Source: a virus
DNA length: 64,000 bases
Direction: 5' to 3' (one strand)
IMG/VR virus record: IMGVR_UViG_3300025168_000032
Coordinates: 121,653 to 185,652 of that record
In this document: positions 18,961 to 28,821 of the stretch, in pieces
Layout of the letters: every line of letters starts with the position of its first letter
Numbering within the stretch: position 1 is the first letter of the stretch
Translations under genes and position numbers: made by a program
The notes under the pieces: generated by a model
The model's input: only the letters and a program-made list of their open reading frames with translations
The model's database searches: none
What the model was told of the DNA's origin: nothing

Positions 18961-19381
18961 AATAAAAAAAGTAAGCCCTAACGCTATTATTCCAAAGTAT
19001 GCTAAAACTGGTGATGCTGCAATGGATTTAGTTGCAACCTCGATGGAAGTTGATCGTCATGGTAACCTCGTATACAAAACCGGCTTGGCTCTTGAGATTC
19101 CCGAAGGCTTTGTTGGTCTTCTTTTCCCGAGGAGTTCCGTATCTAAGACAAGCATGTCATTGGCTAATTCTGTCGGTGTCATCGACAGTGGGTATCGAGG
19201 TGAAATAATGTTGAAATACAAAGATATTGGTAGATCTTCGAACATTCAAGTGGTTTACAAAGCCGGAGACAGGGTAGGGCAATTAATGATAATTCCTCAT
19301 CCAAAAGTAGAGTTTATTGAAGTTAGCGAACTATCTAATAGTGATAGAGGAAGCGGTGGTTTTGGGAGTACTGGGCAATGA
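18950..19381 (+). CDS. dut: Trimeric dUTPase
   Basis: AAMDL, PRSS, GVIDSGYRGEI, RVGQL, RGSGGFGSTG. Confidence 0.96.
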   Translation: MKIKIKKVSPNAIIPKYAKTGDAAMDLVATSMEVDRHGNLVYKTGLALEIPEGFVGLLFPRSSVSKTSMSLANSVGVIDSGYRGEIMLKYKDIGRSSNIQVVYKAGDRVGQLMIIPHPKVEFIEVSELSNSDRGSGGFGSTGQ

Positions 19382-19665
19382 ACAGAAAACAACGTAGAGC
19401 GAGACAAAAAGCTATTAAGAAAGCGGGTGTAGCGGATACCGACTTTGACAAGCAGCTTGGCTTGTTTGACCTAATTCCAAAGGATTGTATGATTTGTCAT
19501 ACTGACTTCGACAAGTCAAACAAAAAAATGGTCTCGACTTGGAATGTTGTGGTGCGAGAAGAAGAAAAAAAAGTACGAATTTATTGTCCAACATGTTGGT
19601 CAAAGGCGCAGAATCTATTAAATGAGCTTGGGATCAACAACAATGAAGAACAAAACAAAGGATAA
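19378..19665 (+). CDS. Hypothetical CxxC...CxxC protein
   Basis: CMIC and CPTC; NRKQRRA N-terminus. Confidence 0.55.
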   Translation: MNRKQRRARQKAIKKAGVADTDFDKQLGLFDLIPKDCMICHTDFDKSNKKMVSTWNVVVREEEKKVRIYCPTCWSKAQNLLNELGINNNEEQNKG

Positions 19666-19975
19666 AACTAAAAGATTAGTTTTCGATGACACAGATTACA
19701 GACACGCTCAGCTTAAGGTTAGACTTGATTACGATGGACTAACACAGGCTGAGTTTTTTCGTTCTTTCATAACTGGATATTTGCAAAAAGATCCTTTTGT
19801 TATGAAGTATATTAGTTCCTATAAAGAGGGCAAACGAATTCAGAGTAAAAGGAATATCAAAATAATAATGAAAGATCATGAAACTGCTGAGACGTTGATG
19901 TCGCAATTCGGCATTGAACAAGATGAATTAGAGCATATTTTTGATATGATAGCAAAAGAGCACCCTGATTTATAA
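19640..19975 (+). CDS. Hypothetical protein, possibly ribbon-helix-helix DNA-binding
   Basis: KRLVFDDT beta strand followed by two helices. Confidence 0.45.
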   Translation, partial: TMKNKTKDKTKRLVFDDTDYRHAQLKVRLDYDGLTQAEFFRSFITGYLQKDPFVMKYISSYKEGKRIQSKRNIKIIMKDHETAETLMSQFGIEQDELEHIFDMIAKEHPDL

Positions 19976-20039
19976 TTTTGAGTGTTTTATCATTTTGGTG
20001 CCTATTTACTACTGAAAAACATTTTTAGGAGATTTATAA

Positions 20040-20624
20040 ATGGCTAAGAAAAAACTTTTAAACGAAGCAACCGTTAGGCGCTTCATGGGACTTGCTGGTA
20101 TGGAATCAAATCTGGTTTCAAATGCTATTAGCGAAATGTACAACTACAATGAAGAAGAAGAGGACATGGCTGATGAAGAAATGCCTCCCGCAGAACCAGA
20201 AATGGCTGCTGTCGAACCAATGGACGCTGCTCCTGAAGAGCCTGATATGGGTGATGAAATGGACGCAGAAATGGGTGAAGAAGGTGAGCTTAACATTGAT
20301 GAAGATGCAATCAAAATGGCAGTAAAAGCTTATGAAGATCTTGGCGAAGTTGTTGACATGCTTTCAAGTGCACTACCTGACGGCGAAATGGATATGGGCG
20401 ATGAAATGGACGCAGAAATGCCCGCTGAAGAGCCCGCAATGGACGCCGAAGAACCTGCAATGGATGATAAAGAAGAAGGTATGCTTGAGGGCGTTAATCT
20501 TGAACTTTCTGAAGACGAAGTGGTACAAGAAGTCGCTCGTCGTGTTGCTAAAAGAATTCTTCAAGCAAAAAAAGCCAAGGCCCAACTTGATGAAGCTCTC
20601 GGAAGAAAGTCTAGTCTAAAATAG
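20040..20624 (+). CDS. Highly acidic Met/Glu-rich protein, probable internal head or scaffold-like
   Basis: LLNEATVRRFMGLAG; repeated DMGDEMDAEM; CTATTTA at 20002. Confidence 0.55.
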   Translation: MAKKKLLNEATVRRFMGLAGMESNLVSNAISEMYNYNEEEEDMADEEMPPAEPEMAAVEPMDAAPEEPDMGDEMDAEMGEEGELNIDEDAIKMAVKAYEDLGEVVDMLSSALPDGEMDMGDEMDAEMPAEEPAMDAEEPAMDDKEEGMLEGVNLELSEDEVVQEVARRVAKRILQAKKAKAQLDEALGRKSSLK

Positions 20625-20625
20625 T

Positions 20626-20654
20626 TTGACTTAGAATCAAAAACGTGTTATATT
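20626..20654 (+). promoter_or_regulatory. sigma70-type promoter
   Basis: TTGACT-N17-TATATT with TG extension. Confidence 0.75.
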
Positions 20655-20657
20655 TAG

Positions 20658-20686
20658 AGGACGGGGGTTGGAACCGTCCTTTTTTA
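20658..20686 (+). terminator. Rho-independent terminator
   Basis: AGGACGG-N9-CCGTCCT then T-run. Confidence 0.75.
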
Positions 20687-20700
20687 TTTTTGGAGTGCCA

Positions 20701-21084
20701 ATGGACCAGATAATTTATATTACAATTTCATTTATAGTAGGAGTAGTTCTTACGAGGTTGTGGTATAGCATTGTGGGCCTTGGTTATACCTCCATCTTAA
20801 TGAAGCGTACAATCAATGACTGCTTATTAGTCATGGCTGACAACATACAATCGTCTCATGAATCTTGTGAGATCAAATATGCCGCTTTTAAAATCGCGGA
20901 GAGAGACGATAAATATATTGAATTTCAAAAAAAGATAGATAAACAACAACAAAGGACATTGCAAAAAACAATCATAAGGAACTTTATGAATTCAGTGCCC
21001 CAGAGTTATAACCACCTCGTTGAATTCCATGATTGGGACTCTGCAATGAAACACTTGACCGATCAACTTAAAAGGAGGATTTAA
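20701..21084 (+). CDS. Hypothetical membrane-anchored protein
   Basis: N-terminal TM helix; GGAG RBS. Confidence 0.55.
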   Translation: MDQIIYITISFIVGVVLTRLWYSIVGLGYTSILMKRTINDCLLVMADNIQSSHESCEIKYAAFKIAERDDKYIEFQKKIDKQQQRTLQKTIIRNFMNSVPQSYNHLVEFHDWDSAMKHLTDQLKRRI

Positions 21085-21698
21085 TGATGATTAAGATAAC
21101 AGATAAACCAAAGGACGAGGAAAAAGAAACGAAAGAAGACCTAATGGAACTCCTAGGCGCAGCACAACAACCAGAGATCAGAACGATTGCGATGTTTGGT
21201 GATGTAGATGAGGAAAAAGCAGGCGACTTATGTATGGGCTTGTTGATGCTTACAGACTTTAGTCCCAAAGAGCCTCCTTACGAACCAATAAAGATGTACC
21301 TTTCAACCTACGGTGGTTCTGCTGACGAAATGTTCTCCATTTATGATATGATGTCACTGTCTAAGACAAAGTGTGAGATTCACACAATTGGTCTTGGCAA
21401 GGTTATGTCGGCTGGGACACTATTGCTGGCTGCCGGTACCAAAGGTCAAAGGACTATCGGTCGACATTGCAGAGTTATGATCCACGCAGTAGCCGCAGGT
21501 TCTGCTGGTGAACTACATGATATTGAGAATGAAGTTAAGTCCATAAAGCACATTCAAGAACTATATATTAATGCTTTATCAAAGGAGACATGTATGACTA
21601 AGCGCACAATTCAGAAATTGCTGGATCGCAAGGTTAATGTTTATCTCACAGCGGAAGAAGCCGTAGAGTATGGTATCGCAGATACAATTATTAACTAA
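21084..21698 (+). CDS. clpP: Second ClpP-like protein (triad Asp position is Asn)
   Basis: YLSTYGGS, VMSAGT, VMIH, NVYLTAEEAVEYGIAD. Confidence 0.88.
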   Translation: MMIKITDKPKDEEKETKEDLMELLGAAQQPEIRTIAMFGDVDEEKAGDLCMGLLMLTDFSPKEPPYEPIKMYLSTYGGSADEMFSIYDMMSLSKTKCEIHTIGLGKVMSAGTLLLAAGTKGQRTIGRHCRVMIHAVAAGSAGELHDIENEVKSIKHIQELYINALSKETCMTKRTIQKLLDRKVNVYLTAEEAVEYGIADTIIN

Positions 21699-21709
21699 GA
21701 GGAATACAG

Positions 21710-22618
21710 ATGGATAAGATTTTTTATAATGAAGCGTCTGCTGTTAAACTTGGATGGACGCCTGAATGGTTTGGTGCTTACGAGTTTGATGAAGACTTGC
21801 TAAAGAAGATCAGGGCATTTCAGAGGAAATATCACTTAACAGCCGATGGTATGTGTGGCCCAACTACTTTTCGTAGAATCAACACAGTTCGAGAAGAACA
21901 GCTTGAGACTTTTGAACATAAAGAAATTCGAGAGGGCTCCTCAAATCACATTATTTACAACAATGATTATTTTCCAATTGACTGGCATAAAGTGGTACTA
22001 CCATTTAATGCCAATGGCTTAAAACTAACCAAAGGCTATAAGAAGGTGACCAAGCAGCGCAAGCCAAAGATGTTCGTTTCGCATTGGGACGTCTGTCTTA
22101 GCTCAAAGTCCTGCTTCAAGGTGCTTTCTCGACGTGGCCTTAGTGTTCACTTCGCCATCGACAACGATGGAACCATATTCCAGTTCATGGACATGAACCA
22201 TATAGCTTACCATGCTGGTGGTAAATTCAATACCACTTCGGTTGGAGTGGAGATCAGCAACGCATATTACCCAAAGTACCAAGACTGGTACAAACGTCAT
22301 GGCTTTGGAGAGCGCCCTTTAATTGAGGGGCAGAAGGTCCATGGTAAAAATATGAAACCCTTCACGGACTTTTATCCAGTTCAAAAGCAAGCACTCAAAG
22401 CTTTGATGAAAGCTGTCCATGGCGCAATGCCTTGGATTCCCTTGGAGTGCCCCGTTGACAGCAATGGCGAGACAAGTTACGCTCTCGATCCTGTTGCGTC
22501 TAAGAATAGATACAGTGGCTATGTCTCGCATTATCACCTTACAAGGCGGAAAATCGACTGTGCAGGTCTCGACCTAAAATCTATTTTGGAGGAAATTAAG
22601 AATGAAGATAACCAATGA
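21710..22618 (+). CDS. N-acetylmuramoyl-L-alanine amidase with peptidoglycan-binding domain (endolysin)
   Basis: FQRKYHL.ADG.CGPTT; VSHW, SVHFAID.DG.I.Q, SVGVEISN, HYHL. Confidence 0.85.
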   Translation: MDKIFYNEASAVKLGWTPEWFGAYEFDEDLLKKIRAFQRKYHLTADGMCGPTTFRRINTVREEQLETFEHKEIREGSSNHIIYNNDYFPIDWHKVVLPFNANGLKLTKGYKKVTKQRKPKMFVSHWDVCLSSKSCFKVLSRRGLSVHFAIDNDGTIFQFMDMNHIAYHAGGKFNTTSVGVEISNAYYPKYQDWYKRHGFGERPLIEGQKVHGKNMKPFTDFYPVQKQALKALMKAVHGAMPWIPLECPVDSNGETSYALDPVASKNRYSGYVSHYHLTRRKIDCAGLDLKSILEEIKNEDNQ

Positions 22619-23963
22619 TCTACTTGATAATCTGATTATAGAGCAGATAAGAGTCTTAGCCGAAGATTTGTCTTATAGCATTAAGAGTAATGATGGTCAA
22701 GAGTCTCAAGAATTTGAAGACTTACAATCGTTTGCACAGTATATTGTGGACCTAAGCGATGAAGAGACTTATACAATAAACACACCCCAGACAGATGGAG
22801 ACGTTCGAGGCTCTGGTGCAACAATTAAGAGCAAGTTTGCATTACCAAGCAAGAAGTCAAGCGATAATGGCGAGTCCAAAACGGGGTATCTTGGCGACAT
22901 TCCGATATCGCATTACCGAGATGATATGGTCAGACTACCAGAGATATACCTACAAGCATTCAAAAACGCTGGGTTTTCTTCTGGAACGCTTGCAGATAGG
23001 ATTGCACGGCTCAACAACATGCTTAGTGAATTTGGAACTGCTAAAAAGGAAAAATCTCCGGCTAAACCGTTGAACGAACAGTTTTCTCAAATATTGGTCG
23101 TGGAGTTTTTAGAAAGAGTAGTTTCACACGTTAGGGGTGGAGCAACCACAAGACTCAAAGAGGGCGGGTTCTTGTTTGAGTCATTTTTAGCTTTTATTCT
23201 GTCTGGAACTTTGCCTGTTGCCAATGATTCATACGAGGACATCATTGACAATAAACTTAACAATATATCCGTTAAGTTTATGTCCGAAAAATCATCCTTT
23301 TATCAAGCGTGGTCTACCGTTGCTGGCTATTTTAACAAAAACGAAAGCCCGATGTATCACATCTCAGCCTTGAAGGAAAGAGTCTCCAAGGCAGGAAGTC
23401 AGATTTCATTTTACATTAGCGAATTTACATATAAAGATTATTTAAATCTTGCAAGACAAATTGAGAACATGAACCCAGAAGCTGAAATGGCAGAAACTGA
23501 TAAAGCGATCTTTATTAAGGGTGGTGGTGTAAACTATTCTGTTAGTAATAAACAAGACAACGATACAAGATCAGCCGAAGTTAGCCTCAACGAGTATGAA
23601 ACTGGTAAAGAGCCAAGAATAACATTCAAAGATTATGGAAAGAATGTTGGTGGCACCTTATTTCTACCAAGCCAGATCAATATCCGAAAGAAATCCAAAA
23701 CCTTGATGGATAATTATAACGAAAACATCGATCTCCTATTTAGAGAGATTACAAACTTCAGAAAGCTTTCAAACATATTTTTCTCTGTCTCGGATGAGGA
23801 CACGACCAAAATTGCTGATAAGATAATAACCAGCTATGGACAAATCAAAACTGGGGTGAATCAGGGATTCAAACAAAGAGAGACAGAAAAGGAAATAAAT
23901 GAAAAAATTACTTATGAACTACTTGACAAACTTGTAAAAGAGGTTATATTAAAGGGTAAGTGA
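22602..23963 (+). CDS. Hypothetical protein with MKITNDLLDNLIIE leader
   Basis: 453-aa ORF; leader motif at both the N- and C-terminus. Confidence 0.55.
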   Translation: MKITNDLLDNLIIEQIRVLAEDLSYSIKSNDGQESQEFEDLQSFAQYIVDLSDEETYTINTPQTDGDVRGSGATIKSKFALPSKKSSDNGESKTGYLGDIPISHYRDDMVRLPEIYLQAFKNAGFSSGTLADRIARLNNMLSEFGTAKKEKSPAKPLNEQFSQILVVEFLERVVSHVRGGATTRLKEGGFLFESFLAFILSGTLPVANDSYEDIIDNKLNNISVKFMSEKSSFYQAWSTVAGYFNKNESPMYHISALKERVSKAGSQISFYISEFTYKDYLNLARQIENMNPEAEMAETDKAIFIKGGGVNYSVSNKQDNDTRSAEVSLNEYETGKEPRITFKDYGKNVGGTLFLPSQINIRKKSKTLMDNYNENIDLLFREITNFRKLSNIFFSVSDEDTTKIADKIITSYGQIKTGVNQGFKQRETEKEINEKITYELLDKLVKEVILKGK

Positions 23964-23970
23964 TTTTAAT

Positions 23971-24129
23971 ATGAATGATCCCAAAGAACAATGGTTGGCA
24001 GTTGACAGTATGATTAAGAAACTTAAACGTCTTAAGTACTGGCTAACTTCCCTTGATCCAGAAAAGAAACATATTATTAATGCTATAAACGAACTCGAAC
24101 AAGCAAAACAACTATTGGAGGAAAAATGA
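23971..24129 (+). CDS. 52-aa helical hypothetical protein (not in track)
   Basis: MNDPKEQW...LLEEK; ATGA overlap with groEL. Confidence 0.5.
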   Translation: MNDPKEQWLAVDSMIKKLKRLKYWLTSLDPEKKHIINAINELEQAKQLLEEK

Positions 24130-25691
24130 CGAAACATTATAGCAATGGGCAGGAGCTTAACACAAGGATTCTGTCTGGGATTAATAAACTGGCAGACAAC
24201 GTAGCTACGACTCTCGGACCAAAGGGTCGCAACGTAATACTATTCCATAAGGAGCAGGGTATCCCTGTTATTACAAAAGATGGAGTAACTGTTGCTAAGT
24301 TCGTGGGCTTTGAAGACCCGATGGAAAACGTTGGAGCACAGATTGTAAAACAAGCAGCAGAGCAGTCTGCTACAAAAGCTGGCGATGGTACTACAACTGC
24401 TACTGTCCTGACTAGAGCAATCTTACAGAGGGCCCAGAAGTACCTTATGGCTGGTGTTTCTCCAATCGAGATCAAGCGTGGGATGGATAATGCCACAAAT
24501 CTTATTGTTGACCGTTTGAGTGAAATGTCCACCCCGATTCGATCGGAGGAAGATATTCGGCACATTGCTACGATCTCAGCGAACAACGACAAATCAATAG
24601 GCACTTTGATAGCCACAGCGGTTGATTCAGCAGGTAAAGATGGTTCTGTTCTTGTTGAAGAAGCAAAATCAATCAACACATCCTTAGATTTGATTGAAGG
24701 TTTCCGTTTTGATTCTGGGTATCTATCTTCCACCTTTATCAACAACGAGAGATCAGGGACCATTGAGTATAATAGTCCCCTCATTCTAATCACAGACGAG
24801 AAGATCGAAACCATCGAGCAGATATTACCCACCCTTGAGCTTGCGTCAAGAGACAACAGTCCGTTGTTGATTGTTGCAGATGTAGAAGGCCAAGCCTTGG
24901 CTGCTGTTATCGCCAACGCGGTTCGCGGCACAATGAAAATAGTAGCGGTTAAACCACCCAGATATGGAGAAGAGAGAAGGAACATATTAAAAGACATGGC
25001 TTTGAAGACTGGCGCTACCTTTATAACAAGAGAGAGCGGGGTAGCCCTGAGACAGGTACAATTGCCCCACTTTGGTAATTGTAAATCGATATCTATCAAC
25101 AAAGGATGGAGTACCATTGTCGGTGCAAGTGGCCCAGAAGAAGAAACAGAAAACAGGATTGAAGCACTGAAAGCAGAGATCAAACAAACAGACGACATCA
25201 AGGCTTGCGAGAGAATCCAAGAACGGATTACTCGTCTTGCTTCTGGTGTGGCTGTGATTCGAGTTGGAGCGGCAACAGAGATTGAAATGATGGAAAAGAA
25301 ACACAGGATTGATGATGCTTTGGAGGCTGTAAGATCAGCACAGGAAGAAGGAATTGTCTCAGGTGGTGGCATAGCCTTGATTCGAGCAACACAAGATCTA
25401 CTTGTGCGAACGGAGTCCGAAGAACAGTCTATCGGTGCCAAGATCATTCTTGAGGCCATTGAAGAACCTCTGCGACAAATGGCTAAAAACGCTGGAAAAT
25501 CGCCTGATATTCTTGTTGCTAGGGTAAGGCAGTGCTCCTCGAATATGGGCTATAATTTCATGACTGACACCATTGTGAACATGCTTGAAGAGGGCATAGT
25601 AGATCCAGCTAAGGTGACTCGCTGCGCGTTGCAGAACGCTGTCTCAGTCGCATCCACTTTGATTACCACCAGTCATGCTATTGTATCTTAA
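24126..25691 (+). CDS. groEL: Group I chaperonin GroEL
   Basis: TLGPKGRNV, ITKDGVTVAK, AGDGTTTA, KPPRYG.ERR, GGVAVI-like SGVAVIRVGAATE, DPAKVTR; no GGM tail. Confidence 0.96.
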   Translation: MTKHYSNGQELNTRILSGINKLADNVATTLGPKGRNVILFHKEQGIPVITKDGVTVAKFVGFEDPMENVGAQIVKQAAEQSATKAGDGTTTATVLTRAILQRAQKYLMAGVSPIEIKRGMDNATNLIVDRLSEMSTPIRSEEDIRHIATISANNDKSIGTLIATAVDSAGKDGSVLVEEAKSINTSLDLIEGFRFDSGYLSSTFINNERSGTIEYNSPLILITDEKIETIEQILPTLELASRDNSPLLIVADVEGQALAAVIANAVRGTMKIVAVKPPRYGEERRNILKDMALKTGATFITRESGVALRQVQLPHFGNCKSISINKGWSTIVGASGPEEETENRIEALKAEIKQTDDIKACERIQERITRLASGVAVIRVGAATEIEMMEKKHRIDDALEAVRSAQEEGIVSGGGIALIRATQDLLVRTESEEQSIGAKIILEAIEEPLRQMAKNAGKSPDILVARVRQCSSNMGYNFMTDTIVNMLEEGIVDPAKVTRCALQNAVSVASTLITTSHAIVS

Positions 25692-25720
25692 AAGTACTAT
25701 TTATAGCGGAGGTTCTTGTT

Positions 25721-25987
25721 ATGACTGAAGACCAAATAACAAAAATAACAACCGGTATTCTTGAAATCAAAAATGATATCGAAAGAATAGCGGAGAAGCA
25801 AGATGAAATGGTGAGAGATATGCGCGATGTAAAGACCGCGATTTACAACCCGGACTCGGGTTTGTATGCTAGATTGCGAGCGATAGAGCAATGGAAAGAG
25901 GCCCAAGCTAAAATACAATGGGGTGTTATTATGACAGTTTTTGGATTATTAACAACCACAATATACAAAATGATAATGAGTTCTTAA
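25721..25987 (+). CDS. Coiled-coil protein with C-terminal TM helix (XhlA/holin-like)
   Basis: Coiled coil, GL.ARL..IE, terminal TM helix; CTATTTA at 25697. Confidence 0.45.
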   Translation: MTEDQITKITTGILEIKNDIERIAEKQDEMVRDMRDVKTAIYNPDSGLYARLRAIEQWKEAQAKIQWGVIMTVFGLLTTTIYKMIMSS

Positions 25988-26000
25988 TTCAGGAGGTAAT

Positions 26001-26342
26001 ATGAAAGTAAGAATCAACCAAGCAGTGAATCTCGATGAGGTTCCTGAGAAATTAACAGACATGATGTCTGATATAAGAAAAGAAATTGGTAAAGTGTCGG
26101 AATTATCTATGGAGGCAGAGTCTGCCTCGGAAATAGTTTCTGGTTCAGTTTTAAAATACCAGCTAGTATTGGAGATGCTTTTAGAAATAAAGCGTCAAGT
26201 GTCGGATGTTGACCAAATGGTAGAAGATATGTCATCCATTCTTAATGGGTACGTAGGCATCCTTGAGCCAAAACCTTCTACCCCCGTACCCGCACCTGAG
26301 CCCATACCCGAGCATGTTATAAAAGAACCAGATGCTGACTAA
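26001..26342 (+). CDS. Hypothetical coiled-coil protein
   Basis: GGAGG RBS; helical sequence. Confidence 0.55.
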   Translation: MKVRINQAVNLDEVPEKLTDMMSDIRKEIGKVSELSMEAESASEIVSGSVLKYQLVLEMLLEIKRQVSDVDQMVEDMSSILNGYVGILEPKPSTPVPAPEPIPEHVIKEPDAD

Positions 26343-26565
26343 GGGCGACCTTGTTAAGGTAAAACAGGACACTTTCATGTACCCTGCTACCTTAGAGCCA
26401 TGGTATATAACCAAGCTAAAAACACCACAATACGGCGTTGTTATAAAGCAAGAAAGCGAAACTGAGACTAAGGTTTTTGTGAACGAGCAAGCTTGGATCA
26501 TAAACAATAAATGTTTACAATTAGTGGGAGATTACAATGTTCATAAAGTTAAACAAAATAAATAA
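26332..26565 (+). CDS. Small SH3/KOW-like protein (GDLV family)
   Basis: KGDLVKV...YGVVI. Confidence 0.55.
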   Translation: MLTKGDLVKVKQDTFMYPATLEPWYITKLKTPQYGVVIKQESETETKVFVNEQAWIINNKCLQLVGDYNVHKVKQNK

Positions 26566-26818
26566 GACACATTCTGGTGAATTTTATCTGTCAGAGGTAA
26601 GGATCAATCCAGCGAAAATACTCTTCATTTCTGAAAATGATCAAATTAAAGTGGCAATGATGGAAGGAAAAACCCAACTTGGCCTTAACTCTGTAGCTCG
26701 ATTTTCAGATTTGTCTTTTGCTTTCGATAGCGGCAGCGAGACTATAACGGTGGTAGGAGATCCGGCTCTGATAGAGGCCAAGATATTAAGTTCAAATAGA
26801 CAATTACTTAGGGGATAA
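26537..26818 (+). CDS. Hypothetical protein
   Basis: Coupled ORF. Confidence 0.5.
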   Translation: MFIKLNKINKTHSGEFYLSEVRINPAKILFISENDQIKVAMMEGKTQLGLNSVARFSDLSFAFDSGSETITVVGDPALIEAKILSSNRQLLRG

Positions 26819-26819
26819 C

Positions 26820-27098
26820 ATGAATCAATATTACAAAATTTATGCTTGGGCCGAATGTCCATATTGCATAAAAGCCAAAGAGTTGCTGGTCCGAAACAAC
26901 AAGCAGTTTATGTTTTGTTGCATTGATGATTCTAAAGAATTGCTAACACACATTAAAGAAAAGCACAACTGGATGACAGTCCCAATGATAATCAAACACA
27001 CAAGAGTAAGCTCAACGGAATGGACTGAGGAGTTTATAGGTGGGTTTTCGGATCTTACAAAGATCTTTGGAGGTAGTGATGAAGAAATTAATAGTTAA
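26820..27098 (+). CDS. Glutaredoxin
   Basis: CPYC, TVPMI, FIGGFSDL. Confidence 0.88.
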   Translation: MNQYYKIYAWAECPYCIKAKELLVRNNKQFMFCCIDDSKELLTHIKEKHNWMTVPMIIKHTRVSSTEWTEEFIGGFSDLTKIFGGSDEEINS

Positions 27099-27459
27099 AA
27101 GAGCACCGCAAAAGAGCCATAAGCCATGGGGACACGAGGTGGAATGGGCCATAAACAACAAATATATTGGCAAAATTATTCATATTGATAGAATGAAGTC
27201 TCCACCCAAGCAATATCATGACGTGAAGGACAAGACTATACATGTACTTAACGGGGTATTGATAGTTGATGTTTGGGAAAAACCAGACGGCAAATCATTT
27301 TCCACCATGGTCTTAACAGAGGGGGAGAGTGTAAGAATTCAACCAAAGACAGTCCATAAATTTAGTGCCCCTATCGAAGGTTACGTTAGATTGATCGAAG
27401 CATCAACACCACAATATGATGATGTAGTGTTACTACAGGACGATCATGGCGGAGCTTGA
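27079..27459 (+). CDS. Cupin, mannose-6-phosphate isomerase-like
   Basis: KPWG.E, QYHDVKDKT, I.P.TVH.F, EASTP..DDVV. Confidence 0.75.
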   Translation: MKKLIVKRAPQKSHKPWGHEVEWAINNKYIGKIIHIDRMKSPPKQYHDVKDKTIHVLNGVLIVDVWEKPDGKSFSTMVLTEGESVRIQPKTVHKFSAPIEGYVRLIEASTPQYDDVVLLQDDHGGA

Positions 27460-27619
27460 ACCGGAACAAAGATACAGGGTTGAGTTTGTTGACAATGATC
27501 ATTTTATAACGTGTATGTTTAAAAAACATCATCGTGGTTTTTTGATTTTTGTTGACGAAAACAACATAAAAATCGTTTGTAGGCCCTCAAGTATAAGGAA
27601 AATAGAAAAACACACTTAA
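27446..27619 (+). CDS. 57-aa hypothetical protein (not in track)
   Basis: MAELEPEQRYRVEF...KIEKHT. Confidence 0.45.
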   Translation: MAELEPEQRYRVEFVDNDHFITCMFKKHHRGFLIFVDENNIKIVCRPSSIRKIEKHT

Positions 27620-27691
27620 CGCAAATTATGTAAGAACTCTTTTTAGGTAACAATGGTCTTTCGGTTCATAGTTATTATAGGGGGGAATGTT

Positions 27692-28384
27692 ATGTTGATA
27701 TTGTTATTATCGTGTTTGATATCTATGGAGGTAGATGATCAGGCCACGACTCTTTCGTTTGAAAACCAAGGTTTACCATCTTGTAATCAAAAGATTACAA
27801 GAGGTATGAAAAGCTCAGTCCGTATTGGGTTTTCGTTGGGTGATGGTTACGGAGGGTGGGGTTCTGGAAATTATTTTAAGCTTGGAAAGTACAAGTTTGT
27901 AATAACGGCAGCCCATGTTGTCGCGGAGGGAAACATATTCCTAATGGACAATGACGAAGAGATACCAGTGAGGGTAATATATACTAATGCAAGTAGGGAC
28001 ATCGCTATTGTCGAGCCTTTGACGGACCCGTCTTTTGAGCCTATAAAGCTTAAGATCAACGACGACCCGGATGTTGTAGGTAATTTAGTCAACTACACAG
28101 GTTTTCCAGATAACCTTGGGCAGACTACTTATACAGGTTTTGTGTCTAAAAGTAATTTAGAATCAATATTAATTCAGTCTTTTGCCCTTCCGGGGTCTTC
28201 TGGTTCTGTTGTGTTCGACAAGAAGGGAAGAGCAGTCGGGTTAGTTTCCGCTGTAAAGGTTATAGATACCCCGCTATCGCCATTCCCAGAGTTAGTTGAA
28301 ACCCTTGTTTATGTTGAAAGGTTTAGTTTTATAAACAAGAGTTTCCTTAAGGAGGTATTCATGAGTGCTGACGAAGGAAGGTAA
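27692..28384 (+). CDS. Trypsin-like serine protease with signal peptide
   Basis: ITAAHVV (His), DIAI (Asp), PGSSGS (Ser). Confidence 0.85.
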   Translation: MLILLLSCLISMEVDDQATTLSFENQGLPSCNQKITRGMKSSVRIGFSLGDGYGGWGSGNYFKLGKYKFVITAAHVVAEGNIFLMDNDEEIPVRVIYTNASRDIAIVEPLTDPSFEPIKLKINDDPDVVGNLVNYTGFPDNLGQTTYTGFVSKSNLESILIQSFALPGSSGSVVFDKKGRAVGLVSAVKVIDTPLSPFPELVETLVYVERFSFINKSFLKEVFMSADEGR

Positions 28385-28604
28385 ATCAAGGTTCTCCGTA
28401 GGTACTTTGCTTAAGGACACAGGAAAGGTGGGTGTTGTAAGTAAAATACTACAATCAGGAGCACTACAGACGGAAGTCTCTACTATCAAGTGGAGATTAA
28501 ACTATGAAATATGCTATATAGATGGGGATGTACAGATCATAGGCGAGAGCACGTTGTTAAGGCTCATTGAAGCTGGTGTTATAGAAATATTATCTACTAA
28601 TTAG
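28365..28604 (+). CDS. Small SH3/KOW-like protein
   Basis: FSVGTLL..TGKVGVV. Confidence 0.5.
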   Translation: MLTKEGKSRFSVGTLLKDTGKVGVVSKILQSGALQTEVSTIKWRLNYEICYIDGDVQIIGESTLLRLIEAGVIEILSTN

Positions 28605-28614
28605 AGGGTCTTAT

Positions 28615-28821
28615 GTGGGTATCGAAAGGAAAGAAACATACGTTAAGGGTGATCTTGTGATTATTGATGACGACAAAAACTTTAGAGAGATAGCAGTAAT
28701 TTTATCTCCCAGTATACCCATGTACCATCGGTTATATGAGTTCTATCAAGTTTTTTCGATCATAGAAGGGTGTGTGTATATCGTCCCCTGTGAGATGGTC
28801 AAAGGTCGGATTAAAGGTTGA
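28615..28821 (+). CDS. Small SH3/KOW-like protein
   Basis: YVKGDLVII. Confidence 0.5.
   Translation: MGIERKETYVKGDLVIIDDDKNFREIAVILSPSIPMYHRLYEFYQVFSIIEGCVYIVPCEMVKGRIKG

Noticed and set aside
20244-20420. 30-bp direct repeat (20244-20273 and 20391-20420)
   Set aside because: An in-frame intragenic duplication encoding DMGDEMDAEM in a low-complexity acidic protein; no sign of a regulatory or mobile role.
24137-25459. 440-aa minus-strand ORF
   Set aside because: Antisense shadow of groEL caused by codon bias; no RBS or promoter and no recognisable motifs.
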